Below are positions 40,054 to 50,301 of a stretch of 64,000 nt of DNA, piece by piece. The stretch's first letter is position 1. Each line of letters begins with the position of its first letter. The DNA is taken from positions 32,001 through 96,000 of the IMG/VR virus record IMGVR_UViG_3300045988_179398. One strand, 5' to 3'. The notes beneath the pieces are model-generated. The model ran no database searches. It saw only the letters and a program-made list of their open reading frames with translations, and was not told the origin of the DNA. The translations under genes were made by a program, and so were the position numbers. The stretch comes from a virus.

Positions 40054-43000
40054 AAATTATGTTTGTTATCACCTCCATACCGAAGATAGTCTTCTCGATA
40101 GTTGTACAAACCATAAACTCTATTCTGACAAAGCAAAAGAGTTGGGGCAAACCGCCATTGGTTTCTCAGAGCACGGAAATTGTTATAACTGGATTGAAAA
40201 GAAGGAATATTGTGAATCTCTCGGGCTAAAATATATTCACGGCATAGAAATATACCTCACAGAAAATCTCGAACCAAAGGTGCGTGACAACTATCACACC
40301 ATACTTATTGCGAAAGACTATGAGGGGGTAAAAACAATCAACTCTCTTTTTAGTTTATCAACCGATGATGCTCATTTTTATTATAAGCCGCGTTTATCGT
40401 TTGACGAATTCAAAAATATATCGTCAGAACATGTGATTAGGATAAGCGCTTGCCTTGCATCGCCACTCAACAAATTGCGTGATGAGAGTCTTATTCAGTA
40501 TTACGATTATTTAGAGGTTCAACCTCACATAAATAGCGAAGTACAGAAAGAGTATAATTTGTGGCTGTGTGATATGGCGCAAAAATATCACAAACCGCTT
40601 ATCGCTGGAACTGATACTCATAGTATCAATCAATATAAAGCCGAGTGCCGTTCGGTTTTGCAGACCGCTAAAAAAATCGAATTTACAAACGAAGATGAAT
40701 TTGATTTAACATATAAAAGTTATGAAGAGCTTTGCAATATGTTCAAAACTCAGGGTGTATTATCCGAACAAACATATCTTGAAGCGATTGAAAACACCAA
40801 CGTGATGGCGGCGTCCATAGAAGAATTTAAACTTGATAAGACATTCAAATACGCAAAATGTTATGAAGACGACGAACTTGAACTTAAACGTAGGTGCAAT
40901 GAACGATATAAAGATAAAATTGCTCGTGGGGTTATCAAGCCCAATAAACAATATATCGAAAATGTGAGAGAAGAATTCCGTGTTTTCAAAAAAATTGGTA
41001 TGCTCGGGTTTATGTTGTTTATGTCAGACCTTGTAAGTTGGTGTTGGCAAAATGGCATTCCGATTGGCTTTTGTCGTGGGAGTTGTGGGGGATCCACGAT
41101 TGCATATCTTATAGATATTATTGACGTAGATCCCGTAGTCTGGCATACGGTATTCTCACGTTTTGCCAATGAAAACCGTACAGAATTGGGCGATATCGAT
41201 ATCGATATAAGCCCCACGCAGCGAGAACTTGTTTATAAGCATATAATTGATACTTACGGCGTCGATTATACTGGTTATATACTTGCTATCGGTACAATCT
41301 CTGATAAAGGAACTATCGATGAAATTGGAAGGGCGTTGCAAACTCGTTGGGAACGTTCTGATAAGGGATATTTGAAACTTGTATCTTATTATGAAAATAA
41401 AGGACAAAAACCCGTAATTGATAATGAGTTTATTCCTTATTACGACGAAAAAAGAAAGGCTGAATTATTACGTAAATATATCGACGATAAGTCGCCGTTC
41501 TGCTTAAATCGTATTGCCCAAATTAAAGACGAATATGACCAAAATCCCGAGGGCACAAAGAAAAAATATCCCGACTTATTTTATTATTTTGACGGATTAT
41601 TAAATACGGCAATATCACAATCCATGCATCCCGCTGGAATTATTGTAAGCCCTATAACGTTACAAGATAATTACGGAATGTTCTGGTCTGATGGTAAAAG
41701 AATTCTTCAAATTAATATGGAAGAATGTCATGAGGTATCACTTAATAAGTACGACTTATTAGGTTTGAAGAACGTTGAAATCATTAAAGATACTTGTATG
41801 TTTGCTGGCATACCGTATCCAAAATCTTATCAAATCAACTGGGAAGACCAAGCGGTATGGAAAGATATGCTTACTTCTCCCGCAGGAATATTTCAGTTCG
41901 AAGGAAAATACGCCTTCGATATGTTAAAACAGTTTGTTCCGTCTAAAATAAACCACTTGAGTTTGGTAAACGCCGCCCTTCGCCCGTCGGGCGCTTCGTA
42001 TCGAGATCGTCTTATGGCACACGAAATCAATAAAAACCCATCGCCAATTATCGACGATTTGCTTAAAGATAACAATGGTTTTCTTGTTTTCCAAGAAGAT
42101 ACAATTGCTTTTCTTCAAAAGATTTGTGGATTAAGCGGTGGCGACGCAGATAATGTTCGCCGAGCGATCGGTCGTAAACAAAAAGATAGACTTGATGCAG
42201 CTCTTCCTCAAATACTCGAAGGCTATTGCTCGAAGTCTGATAAACCTCGCGCAGAAGCAGAAAAAGAGGCAAAAGCATTTTTGCAAATTATTGAGGACTC
42301 TGCGAATTATCAATTTGGATTTAATCATTCCACAGGTTACAGTATGATTGGTTATACTTGTGCATTCTTGCGTTATTATTACCCAACTGAATTTATTGCG
42401 GCGTACTTGAATAATGCGAACAATGATGACGATATTCAAATGGGGACACAATTGGCAGAATTTAAACATATCCCGATTTTGCCACCTAAATTCAGACATT
42501 CAAAAGATGTTTATGTACCCGATGCAAAAGAGAAAAAGATATACAAAGGGTTGAGTTCGATTAAGTTTTTATCGTCTGATATTGCTTCTCAACTTTACGA
42601 AATGCGAGATATGGAATTTGATTCGTTTGTTGATTTTCTTAAGGTTAGTCCTTTGAATTCTAAACAATTGTATATTCTTACGGTTTTAGATTTCTTTTCG
42701 GAGTTTGGTGATGTTGGCAAACTTCTTACGATCATCGATATTTACAATACTTATTCAGGCAAAAAACTTCTCAAAAAAGAGACCTGCACCATTCCTCGCG
42801 AGACGGTTCTCCAATTCGCAACCGAGACCGAAAAGCAGTATCGCGTAACCGATTCCGCTGCGCTCGTTTCTTACCTCTGCGAGAACGCCAAACCAAAGGA
42901 ATTCACACTTTCCGAGCGGTTGGCTTCCGAATTGGAATATTTGGGATATATCAGTTTTAAAGATTCTTCGAAGCGTTTTTGGGGTTATGTCATTGATGTC

Positions 43001-43246
43001 CCATCTACGAAATTTAGCCCTCGTGTAAGTGTTTATGATATATCGACTGGGCAACAAAAAATCATAAAGTGTTATAAAAACGCATTTGCAGAACAGCCAT
43101 TGAGTAAAGGAATGGTTATAATATATGCAACTGAATCAAAACAAAAAAGTAGAATGAATCCAGAAACGAAGAAATTCGAAAAAATAAACGGAGAATATGA
43201 AGATTGGTTTCGTTTTTGGACTATAAAAGAGAATCCTTATGCCTAA
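40043..43246 (+). CDS. dnaE: DNA polymerase III alpha subunit (DnaE-type, PHP domain)
   Basis: N-terminal PHP motif YHLHTEDSLLDS..FSEHGN. Palm motif CRGSCGGSTIAYLIDIIDVDP...FSRFANENRTELGDIDIDIS. Confidence 0.9.
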   Translation: MGNKNYVCYHLHTEDSLLDSCTNHKLYSDKAKELGQTAIGFSEHGNCYNWIEKKEYCESLGLKYIHGIEIYLTENLEPKVRDNYHTILIAKDYEGVKTINSLFSLSTDDAHFYYKPRLSFDEFKNISSEHVIRISACLASPLNKLRDESLIQYYDYLEVQPHINSEVQKEYNLWLCDMAQKYHKPLIAGTDTHSINQYKAECRSVLQTAKKIEFTNEDEFDLTYKSYEELCNMFKTQGVLSEQTYLEAIENTNVMAASIEEFKLDKTFKYAKCYEDDELELKRRCNERYKDKIARGVIKPNKQYIENVREEFRVFKKIGMLGFMLFMSDLVSWCWQNGIPIGFCRGSCGGSTIAYLIDIIDVDPVVWHTVFSRFANENRTELGDIDIDISPTQRELVYKHIIDTYGVDYTGYILAIGTISDKGTIDEIGRALQTRWERSDKGYLKLVSYYENKGQKPVIDNEFIPYYDEKRKAELLRKYIDDKSPFCLNRIAQIKDEYDQNPEGTKKKYPDLFYYFDGLLNTAISQSMHPAGIIVSPITLQDNYGMFWSDGKRILQINMEECHEVSLNKYDLLGLKNVEIIKDTCMFAGIPYPKSYQINWEDQAVWKDMLTSPAGIFQFEGKYAFDMLKQFVPSKINHLSLVNAALRPSGASYRDRLMAHEINKNPSPIIDDLLKDNNGFLVFQEDTIAFLQKICGLSGGDADNVRRAIGRKQKDRLDAALPQILEGYCSKSDKPRAEAEKEAKAFLQIIEDSANYQFGFNHSTGYSMIGYTCAFLRYYYPTEFIAAYLNNANNDDDIQMGTQLAEFKHIPILPPKFRHSKDVYVPDAKEKKIYKGLSSIKFLSSDIASQLYEMRDMEFDSFVDFLKVSPLNSKQLYILTVLDFFSEFGDVGKLLTIIDIYNTYSGKKLLKKETCTIPRETVLQFATETEKQYRVTDSAALVSYLCENAKPKEFTLSERLASELEYLGYISFKDSSKRFWGYVIDVPSTKFSPRVSVYDISTGQQKIIKCYKNAFAEQPLSKGMVIIYATESKQKSRMNPETKKFEKINGEYEDWFRFWTIKENPYA

Positions 43247-44861
43247 AGCAAAAACAGAACAAGAATATAAAAATGAAATAGTGAAATTTAATGTAGAGCT
43301 TTTAGAGCCGTATAAAAATAACCATACGGCTCTAAGACATAGATGCTTGTCTTGTGGAAATGAATGGATGATTACACCGCACAACATTTTAAGTGGGCAC
43401 GGTTGCCCAAAATGTTCGCATAAAAAATCGAAAGAAGAAATGGAAATGCTCAAAAATAATTTCATAAATTCTCTTTCTGAACAGAAGAGACAGACTATAG
43501 AATTAATGGAAGAATTTAAAGGCGTTGAACATCCAATTCTTTTTAGATGTAAAATATGTGGGAACACATGGAAACGGCGCCCGCTTGAAATTAAAAGCAG
43601 AAAATATCCATGTATACATTGCGAATTAAATAGACGCAAACAATTAAGACAGAAAACAAAACAAGATAACAAAAAGATAAATGAAAAAAGATTAGAGGAA
43701 AAATTAAAGGAAAGGGCAATTGCTGCCGAACAAAAATTTATTAAAAGGATATCGACTTTAAATCCCAATGTAGAGTATATAAGTGATTTTCAATTGGGAG
43801 CCAAGAAAGCTAAATTTAAATGTAAAACGTGCGGATATATTTGGTGTGCTTTGAAGGGTAATATTTTAAAAGGAAGCGGATGCCCAAAATGTAAGAAAAG
43901 ATACAAATTGACTACTGAGGAATATGCCGAAAAAATTAAAAATTCGAACATAACACCCATAGAAGATTTTATTGGTCGTCATACGAAAATTAAATATCGT
44001 TGTGGTGTTTGTGGGTATGAATGGAGTGCTTATCCTGGTAATATTTTAAAAGGGAGTTGCTGTCCAGTGTGCAGGAAAGCTAATGCAAAGAACTCAAAAC
44101 TAAAATCGCACGAAAAATATGTTCAAGATGCGAGTCAAAAAAATAGTACAGTCGATGTGATCGGAACGTATGTTAACACCAAAACAAAAATTTTACATCG
44201 ATGCAAGATATGCGGTAAGGAATTTTATATAGCACCAAGCAGCGTTTTGCGTGGGTGTGGTTGTAAAGAGTGTGGATATAAGCGGGTTATTCAGAAAAAA
44301 ATAGATTTGAATTTACCTGGATGCCCGAAACCGAAAGAAAAGTATATTGAACAATTAGCGATTAAAAACCCAAGCGTGAAGCTGGTTGGAGATTATACAA
44401 AACAAAGTGCCTATGCAACCTTTCGATGTATTAAATGTGGACATATATGGAGCGCGTTGGCAGGGAATGTTTTAGGGGGTTGTGGATGCCCAAAATGTAA
44501 TGTCTCTAAAGGAGAAGAAAAGATCAAAGCATATTTATCTTTGAAAAATATTAGTTTTGAAGTACAAAAAACATTCAACGGTTGCCAAAAGAAACGATTA
44601 ATGAAGTTTGATTTTTATCTTCCAGATTATAATTTGTGTATAGAGTACGACGGGGAGCAACATTTTAAACCATTAAAGCATTTTGGTGGTGAAAAAGACT
44701 TGACAGAAAGGCAAGAAAATGATAAAATAAAAACAAACTATTGTTTAGAAAATAAAATTTCATTATTGCGCATTCGATATGATGAGGATATTGAACAGGC
44801 TCTAGATTTATTTTTTCTAAATTCTAATATTAAAGAACTTCCGCCGAAGGAGACAAAATAA
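43239..44861 (+). CDS. Homing-endonuclease-like protein: six zinc-ribbon repeats + Vsr/PD-(D/E)xK-like nuclease core
   Basis: Six repeats of C-x2-CG-x-x-W-x8-10-G-x-GCP-x-C, then SKGEEKIKAYL...KFDFYLPDYNLCIEYDGEQHF. Inserted between dnaE and the exonuclease gene. Confidence 0.55.
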   Translation: MPKAKTEQEYKNEIVKFNVELLEPYKNNHTALRHRCLSCGNEWMITPHNILSGHGCPKCSHKKSKEEMEMLKNNFINSLSEQKRQTIELMEEFKGVEHPILFRCKICGNTWKRRPLEIKSRKYPCIHCELNRRKQLRQKTKQDNKKINEKRLEEKLKERAIAAEQKFIKRISTLNPNVEYISDFQLGAKKAKFKCKTCGYIWCALKGNILKGSGCPKCKKRYKLTTEEYAEKIKNSNITPIEDFIGRHTKIKYRCGVCGYEWSAYPGNILKGSCCPVCRKANAKNSKLKSHEKYVQDASQKNSTVDVIGTYVNTKTKILHRCKICGKEFYIAPSSVLRGCGCKECGYKRVIQKKIDLNLPGCPKPKEKYIEQLAIKNPSVKLVGDYTKQSAYATFRCIKCGHIWSALAGNVLGGCGCPKCNVSKGEEKIKAYLSLKNISFEVQKTFNGCQKKRLMKFDFYLPDYNLCIEYDGEQHFKPLKHFGGEKDLTERQENDKIKTNYCLENKISLLRIRYDEDIEQALDLFFLNSNIKELPPKETK

Positions 44862-45871
44862 TGGCAGTTAAAAAACCAACAAGATTTTCATATAGCAGAT
44901 TAAACCAAATGGAGAATTGTCCGTTTGCTTATTACTTAAAATACGAGCAAAAACACTTCCCTAAAGACAGTGCTTTAACGATGGAATACGGCAATTTGTG
45001 CCATTATATTCTCGAAACAATTGGTAATTGTATAAAAGACGGCAAAGAAATTCCATACGAAAAACTTACCGAAGACTTTTGGAACATCGAATTACACACC
45101 CAAGAAAACGGGAAGAAAAAAGAAGATATCCTCGGGGCTAATCTTCTCGCCGAGAAATATCCAGAAGCGTGGGTAAAGCCCAGCCGCGCAGGGAAAACTT
45201 ACGCAGAAAAGGCGAAATACTTCGCGGCGATTGGAATGTATCGTTTGGAATGGTATATGCAAGACCACCCCGAACTTGAAATCGTTGGTTGCGAAGTTCC
45301 ATTCGAGTTTAAATATAACGATAATTACGCCTTTTTCGGATATATTGACCGTTTGCTTAAAGTTAAAGGGCAAAATAAATTCGTAATTCACGACATAAAA
45401 ACCAAAGACAAAGAATTCCGAAAAGAAGATTTGGCGACACCGTTACAGTTCGTGATTTACGTTTTATCGCAGCAAAAGGTTTATGGCGAGGACGCGGAGT
45501 TTGAATGTTGCTACGATTTGCCTTTCGCAGGGGAAGATGGCGTTTGGCAATCGGCATTGACAAAGGGCGGAATGAAGCGCGGGCTTGCAAAAATCGACAA
45601 ACTTTTTGCGAAAATCGAAAACAAAGAGTGGAAGCCGTCGCCGAGCATTTTGTGTGCTTGGTGCCCGTTTAGCGCAAACAACCCCGATCAGCCCGAAGAT
45701 TGTAAGGATTTGTGTTGTTATTATAACCTTTCCACGCAAGACGAGTTCGATACTTATCACGTTAAGATGGAATGGAAGGGAATGGACAAGCATTTCATCC
45801 AGATGAAGAAATTCACGGCGTTGCAAGCGATTGATGAAGCGGTTGACGATGATGATCTCGAGATTTTATGA
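44861..45871 (+). CDS. PD-(D/E)xK exonuclease, Cas4/RecB-like with Cys cluster
   Basis: N-terminal ..NCPFAYYLKY, core GYIDRLLKV...FVIHDIKT, and a C-terminal CAWCPF...C..LCC four-Cys pattern. Confidence 0.7.
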   Translation: MAVKKPTRFSYSRLNQMENCPFAYYLKYEQKHFPKDSALTMEYGNLCHYILETIGNCIKDGKEIPYEKLTEDFWNIELHTQENGKKKEDILGANLLAEKYPEAWVKPSRAGKTYAEKAKYFAAIGMYRLEWYMQDHPELEIVGCEVPFEFKYNDNYAFFGYIDRLLKVKGQNKFVIHDIKTKDKEFRKEDLATPLQFVIYVLSQQKVYGEDAEFECCYDLPFAGEDGVWQSALTKGGMKRGLAKIDKLFAKIENKEWKPSPSILCAWCPFSANNPDQPEDCKDLCCYYNLSTQDEFDTYHVKMEWKGMDKHFIQMKKFTALQAIDEAVDDDDLEIL

Positions 45872-46116
45872 CAAAAATTGATTATAAGAAAGTGAAGTGC
45901 CCGAAATCGTATTTTCGCGTAAAAGAAAACAAAGGTCTCGATATGTCTCTTGTTTTCATAACAAAACCCGACCCGATAAACGCGCCGCAGATTTTCGTAA
46001 AACTTACCGAATCAAAAGCGAAAGAGTTGGCAGAACTTTTCGAAAGGACGAACGAGAAGAATGACGGGCTGAGAATTACGATAGAAATTTTTAAAATGAG
46101 CGACGAAAACGCTTGA
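45868..46116 (+). CDS. Hypothetical protein
   Basis: 82-aa ORF with an ATGA overlap with the upstream gene. Confidence 0.5.
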   Translation: MTKIDYKKVKCPKSYFRVKENKGLDMSLVFITKPDPINAPQIFVKLTESKAKELAELFERTNEKNDGLRITIEIFKMSDENA

Positions 46117-46141
46117 CATTCGCCTTCGATTATGTTATAAT
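46107..46141 (+). promoter_or_regulatory. Consensus phage promoter copy 2
   Basis: AAACGC, TTGACA at 46113-18, 17-nt spacer, TGTTATAAT with -10 at 46136-41. Confidence 0.8.
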
Positions 46142-46164
46142 AAACGCGTAATCGGAGGTTTGTT

Positions 46165-46419
46165 ATGGAAAGAATAGAACCGACACATAAAGAAATAATG
46201 GCAGAATTGGATTGTTGTTATTACAGTCGCTGGCATAAAGGCATTTGCGAGTGTAAAAGCCCGAACCAATTCAAGAGTTGTTACGAGGCGGCGAAAAAGC
46301 GACTGACAAGAACAGTTTTAACCGAAGAAGAGATAAAGAAAGGGCAGGAAGCAAACGCTAAGGCAATGTTGGATATAGAAAGAGCGTTAGCAATATTGAG
46401 CGGGGATATAGAAAAATGA
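46165..46419 (+). CDS. Hypothetical protein (Cys-rich N-terminus)
   Basis: 84-aa ORF with GGAGG upstream. Confidence 0.5.
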   Translation: MERIEPTHKEIMAELDCCYYSRWHKGICECKSPNQFKSCYEAAKKRLTRTVLTEEEIKKGQEANAKAMLDIERALAILSGDIEK

Positions 46420-46835
46420 AACAACCGAGTAAATTCAAAAAATGGTTTTTAGGTCTTTTTGGCGGCGTGCCGAAGAGCGATTACGATATTATCGCTGAGC
46501 AATACGATTTCGTCGCTGAGCAAAGAGATAATTTTATCGGCATTTTGAAAATCAACGATTCACAGATTAAAAGTCTGGAACGAGAAAACGAACTCCTCAA
46601 AAAACAAATCGCCCACGACCCGATGGCGCCCGTTAGAATCGTGACGAAAAACGTTAAACTCAAAGAAATCAAAAAGGTCGAGTCAATCGGCTCGATGCCG
46701 TTAGAACAAACCGAGCTTTGTTTGCGCGACGCGGTTTTGATGGAAGCCGCGCCGTTTGTAAAAATCGAGTATCAACCGTATCAGATGACGATGACCGCGA
46801 CGTTGCTGCTTGCGGAGGTAGAAGAATGTGGGTGA
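46416..46835 (+). CDS. Hypothetical protein
   Basis: 139-aa ORF with an ATGA overlap. Confidence 0.5.
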   Translation: MKQPSKFKKWFLGLFGGVPKSDYDIIAEQYDFVAEQRDNFIGILKINDSQIKSLERENELLKKQIAHDPMAPVRIVTKNVKLKEIKKVESIGSMPLEQTELCLRDAVLMEAAPFVKIEYQPYQMTMTATLLLAEVEECG

Positions 46836-47005
46836 CAGATATATTGCATATATTGGAAACATACACCGAATCGTTGAAGAGTTATTTACGTGAGGCGGGA
46901 TACGAAGAGTGGTTGCAGGAAGGAACTTGTCGATTAGAGAATATCGAAGAGGCAATTGACATGATAGCCGAAGATTATTTTAAGGATGAGCTGAATCGTG
47001 ATTAA
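46826..47005 (+). CDS. Hypothetical small protein
   Basis: Start chosen at MWVTDIL after GGAGGTAGAAG. The longer track ORF (46718) would overlap the previous gene heavily. Confidence 0.4.
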   Translation: MWVTDILHILETYTESLKSYLREAGYEEWLQEGTCRLENIEEAIDMIAEDYFKDELNRD

Positions 47006-47660
47006 ATTTCAAAAACCGTTATCGGAAATCGATTATATAATTAGCTTCGACCTCGCGCTTTACAAAACAGGCGTCTCGATTTACGACATTTCTCAAAAGT
47101 CAATCGTCCGAACCGACAAAATCGAAGTCTCGCACACCGATGAAACGCCCGTCGCGACGCTTTATACAAAACTCAAAGAATACCTGACCTCGGCAGTCGA
47201 GAAATACGGCAATTTGCTGATGATCGTCAAAGAGGCGATGCCCGCGCAAGCAGGTCGATTCACGACCATCGCGACGCTCCAAACGCTCGCAAAGGCGCAC
47301 GCGGCGCTCGACATCGCGGTTGCGAAGGTGGACGGAGTAGATTTTTACGACGACGTGGGCGTTCACGCGGTCTCGGTCAAAGCGCTTTTCAAAACCGACG
47401 AAACGCCGAAGCCGACGAAGACCGACATCAAAAAAGCAGTTTGCGCCCATTATGGGCTGAAAGCGGGCGATTTGACGGACGATGAAAGCGATTCGGTCGC
47501 GGTGATTTACACGCTCATAAAGAAGAAGTGGAACGCGGATTTGAAGGACGAGATAAAGCGCGTTAAAAAAGAGATGAAAGGCTTAAAACAAGAACGAGCA
47601 ATCGCCGCTCACGAGAAGAGAATCGAGGAATTACAGGCGATGATTTTGGAGGTAGAATAA
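46998..47660 (+). CDS. RuvC-like Holliday junction resolvase
   Basis: IISFDLALYKTGVSIYD (first catalytic Asp), VKEAMP (Glu), DDESDSVAVIYT (C-terminal acidic pair). GTG start. Confidence 0.6.
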   Translation: MIKFQKPLSEIDYIISFDLALYKTGVSIYDISQKSIVRTDKIEVSHTDETPVATLYTKLKEYLTSAVEKYGNLLMIVKEAMPAQAGRFTTIATLQTLAKAHAALDIAVAKVDGVDFYDDVGVHAVSVKALFKTDETPKPTKTDIKKAVCAHYGLKAGDLTDDESDSVAVIYTLIKKKWNADLKDEIKRVKKEMKGLKQERAIAAHEKRIEELQAMILEVE

Positions 47661-48223
47661 TGGGAATGAATACGGGAGTTCTAACGAGCAACCGAACAAT
47701 CGAAGGTGACGAGCAATACACTCCTTTCTATGCATGCGAACCGATTGTGAAATACGTTCCAAAGAATTGGACGATTTGGTGCCCGTGTGACGAAGAATGG
47801 TCGGCTTATGTGCAGTTATTTAGAGAGCGCGGCTATAAAGTGATTTTGAGTTCTTTATCTGGTGGAAAAGATTTCTTGAAATATGAACCTGACGAACATT
47901 ATGACGTTATAATTACCAATTTACCGTTTTCATTAAAAACCAAAATGCTTAAAAGACTCGATGAGCTTGGAAAGCCATTCGCGGTTTTGTTGCCGTTAAA
48001 CAGCTTACAGGGGCAAGATAGGTTTGAGGTTTTCAGTCACGGGATTCAGTTACTCGCGTTCGATAAAAGAATCGGGTTCCACTCGCCGAAAAGTATGAAT
48101 AAGACAGTTGAAGGCTCACCGTTCGCAAGTGCGTATTTTTGTAGAGAAGTTTTACCGAGAGATTTGATTTTGGAAGAGTTGGTAAAATACGAAAGACCGC
48201 TAATAAAGGAGAAGACATTATGA
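47660..48223 (+). CDS. Putative DNA N6-adenine methyltransferase
   Basis: YDVIITNLPFS resembles the (D/N)PP(F/Y) catalytic motif. Small single-domain phage-type methyltransferase architecture. Confidence 0.45.
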   Translation: MGMNTGVLTSNRTIEGDEQYTPFYACEPIVKYVPKNWTIWCPCDEEWSAYVQLFRERGYKVILSSLSGGKDFLKYEPDEHYDVIITNLPFSLKTKMLKRLDELGKPFAVLLPLNSLQGQDRFEVFSHGIQLLAFDKRIGFHSPKSMNKTVEGSPFASAYFCREVLPRDLILEELVKYERPLIKEKTL

Positions 48224-48669
48224 AGTGTATAGACGAATATTACGCATCATACCATTTATCTGTTGAAGAACTTAACAATATTAACGTCCATCTCGCTAGT
48301 GGGCTCGTTAAAATCGATGGTTTAAAAAAGGGGAGCGGTCAAGCGAGGTTTTGGTGCAAAGATGGTTTTATAATTGTTATGTGCCATCATCAAGATTGTT
48401 GCGAAGGCGTATGGATTGAAGATGTTGACAGCGAAGAAAACAATAGCGATATATACACAGATTGCAAATGGTGTAAATTAGAAGAAGTAATCTCTGACAA
48501 TAATCCCCCATTAGACAAATGGGACGAAAGTTATACTTGGACTTTTTATAAGATAACCACAAATAAAGGGTATGATACCATTCGTTGGTATGGCACATCA
48601 AATGGTTATTATAGCGAGTCTGTTGATTTTGAACTCTGGCAGTATGAAGATTACGATCTCGTAGAATAA
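48220..48669 (+). CDS. Hypothetical protein
   Basis: 149-aa ORF with an ATGA overlap. Confidence 0.5.
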   Translation: MKCIDEYYASYHLSVEELNNINVHLASGLVKIDGLKKGSGQARFWCKDGFIIVMCHHQDCCEGVWIEDVDSEENNSDIYTDCKWCKLEEVISDNNPPLDKWDESYTWTFYKITTNKGYDTIRWYGTSNGYYSESVDFELWQYEDYDLVE

Positions 48670-48710
48670 AAGACCAGTTTTATTACACGATTTTTTTAAA
48701 AACTTCGTTC

Positions 48711-48745
48711 AAACGCTTGACAATGTGGGGGTGTTGTGGTATAAT
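48711..48745 (+). promoter_or_regulatory. Consensus phage promoter copy 3
   Basis: AAACGC, TTGACA at 48717-22, 17-nt spacer, TGGTATAAT with -10 at 48740-45. Confidence 0.8.
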
Positions 48746-48768
48746 AAAGCCACAATCGGAGGTGGATT

Positions 48769-48969
48769 ATGAAAAGACTTAACGCGAAAGGTATGGAAAA
48801 ACTCAACGAAATCTCGACCAAATATCGTTTTAAATCGACGTTCGAGATAGAGCAAGAAGAAGTTTACGATTTTTGCAACGACATTTTAAAAGCAGCTTAT
48901 CTCGGGCTCGATCTCGACCCCGAAGATTTAAACTGGATTACCGAAGTTAGAGACGCGATGTGCGAGTAA
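48769..48969 (+). CDS. Hypothetical protein
   Basis: 66-aa ORF with GGAGGTGG upstream. Confidence 0.5.
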   Translation: MKRLNAKGMEKLNEISTKYRFKSTFEIEQEEVYDFCNDILKAAYLGLDLDPEDLNWITEVRDAMCE

Positions 48970-48979
48970 GGAGCAGATT

Positions 48980-49378
48980 ATGAGAACAAAAAATAAAGAC
49001 ATTTTAATGATTTGTAAGTTGTGGTTTATAACAAAAGACAGTTGTTACGACCGAGAATCTGCATTGTGTGATTATCTTAAATCGCGTATAATGTGTCCTG
49101 AAATTACCGACGAAAGTATATTACATCACTTAACAGCGGCGGTTGGAGAATTTGTGGATAAACCTACATTGCTTATGACGATGAAGGATTTTGCGACAGA
49201 CGAATTCCATCAGATAGACAACCCCGTGAGGTTTTTGATAAGAACTTATATATCGATGTTGTGCGATGTCAGCATTGAAAACATCGATATAAGTGATTAC
49301 GACAAAATTCGCGAATATATAACCAAAAACAAAACAGACAGAACGGTTCCCCAATGGTGGAACGCAACAATATTGTAA
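48980..49378 (+). CDS. Hypothetical protein
   Basis: 132-aa ORF with AAGGAG upstream. Confidence 0.5.
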   Translation: MRTKNKDILMICKLWFITKDSCYDRESALCDYLKSRIMCPEITDESILHHLTAAVGEFVDKPTLLMTMKDFATDEFHQIDNPVRFLIRTYISMLCDVSIENIDISDYDKIREYITKNKTDRTVPQWWNATIL

Positions 49379-49379
49379 T

Positions 49380-49820
49380 ATGAGACTGTGGCATACTGAT
49401 TTAATTCCGTATCTTCCAAAATCGCAGTTACTTGCGCAATGGCGCGAACTCAACTCGATATACGCAAAACGAGACAAACACATTCTAATCAATTATATAT
49501 ACGATTACAACCGTCATTATCTCAAAGCGTATTCAGATAAGGTAATTGCTGAAATGCAGCGGCGTGAAATAAAGATTCACGATTTGTCGAAATACGACGC
49601 TTATTTTTCTGGAATGCAGAACGGGTTTGCGGGGAAAGAAATCGTCGGGTTAGAATCGGGTTTGCGGTTCAAAGAACACGACGACGAATATTTACTGATT
49701 TGTTATTATAATCTCAAAGAGAAATATATGCGCGGGCAGAAAGATTTTGATGACCCGACATGGCTGAAATTATACTATTTTTGTAAAAATATTTTAGAAA
49801 AGGAGAAAACCAATGGCTGA
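49380..49820 (+). CDS. Pyrimidine-dimer DNA glycosylase family (DenV/TIGR02328-like)
   Basis: The N-terminus MRLWHTDLIPYLPKSQLLAQWRELNSIY matches the family hallmark MRLWH..LI..LP..QLLGQ(H/W)RE. Confidence 0.65.
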   Translation: MRLWHTDLIPYLPKSQLLAQWRELNSIYAKRDKHILINYIYDYNRHYLKAYSDKVIAEMQRREIKIHDLSKYDAYFSGMQNGFAGKEIVGLESGLRFKEHDDEYLLICYYNLKEKYMRGQKDFDDPTWLKLYYFCKNILEKEKTNG

Positions 49821-50301
49821 ATTTCCAAAGGTGTTATGCAAGGATTTTGACCACAATCGACAAGTGATTTCGGATTACGACATTTTGCGTTATCGCGAAG
49901 GCGACATCAAAAAACTCAAAAAGAAGTGCGCGACGCGAGCCGAGTTCGCCGAAGAACTTCGCAAAGAATTTATGTGGTGGTTTTGGTCGAAAGCTGAACA
50001 TGAACTCATCATAAGCAGAACCGAAGACGGGAAAATTTTACTCACGCCGTGGTGCGGCTGCCGCGATGACGAAAAGGCGACAATCGACGTAACGAACGAT
50101 TACTCGCAGCTCGATTGGGGAAAGTTTGCCGATTACCATATCAACCATCAGATTTTTAAAACCGAGGCAAAAATCGACGTTTACGACCAAATTATGTTTG
50201 GCGACAGATTTGAAAAGTTGGTTGACACGTTATGGACAACGCGATTCAGATACGAGCGCGATAATCCCAAATTTCACGACCAAGACAAGGAGACAAAGTA
50301 A
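49813..50301 (+). CDS. Hypothetical protein
   Basis: 162-aa ORF with AAGGAG upstream. Confidence 0.5.
   Translation: MAEFPKVLCKDFDHNRQVISDYDILRYREGDIKKLKKKCATRAEFAEELRKEFMWWFWSKAEHELIISRTEDGKILLTPWCGCRDDEKATIDVTNDYSQLDWGKFADYHINHQIFKTEAKIDVYDQIMFGDRFEKLVDTLWTTRFRYERDNPKFHDQDKETK

Noticed and set aside
43136-43768. Long minus-strand ORFs (for example 43136-43768 at 210 aa, 6286-6879 at 197 aa, 51066-51587 at 173 aa, 24131-24583 at 150 aa).
   Set aside because: Each lies entirely within a longer + strand gene that has recognisable motifs or operon context. They lack ribosome-binding sites and have low-complexity, Phe/Ile/Leu/Ser-rich translations typical of antisense shadows.
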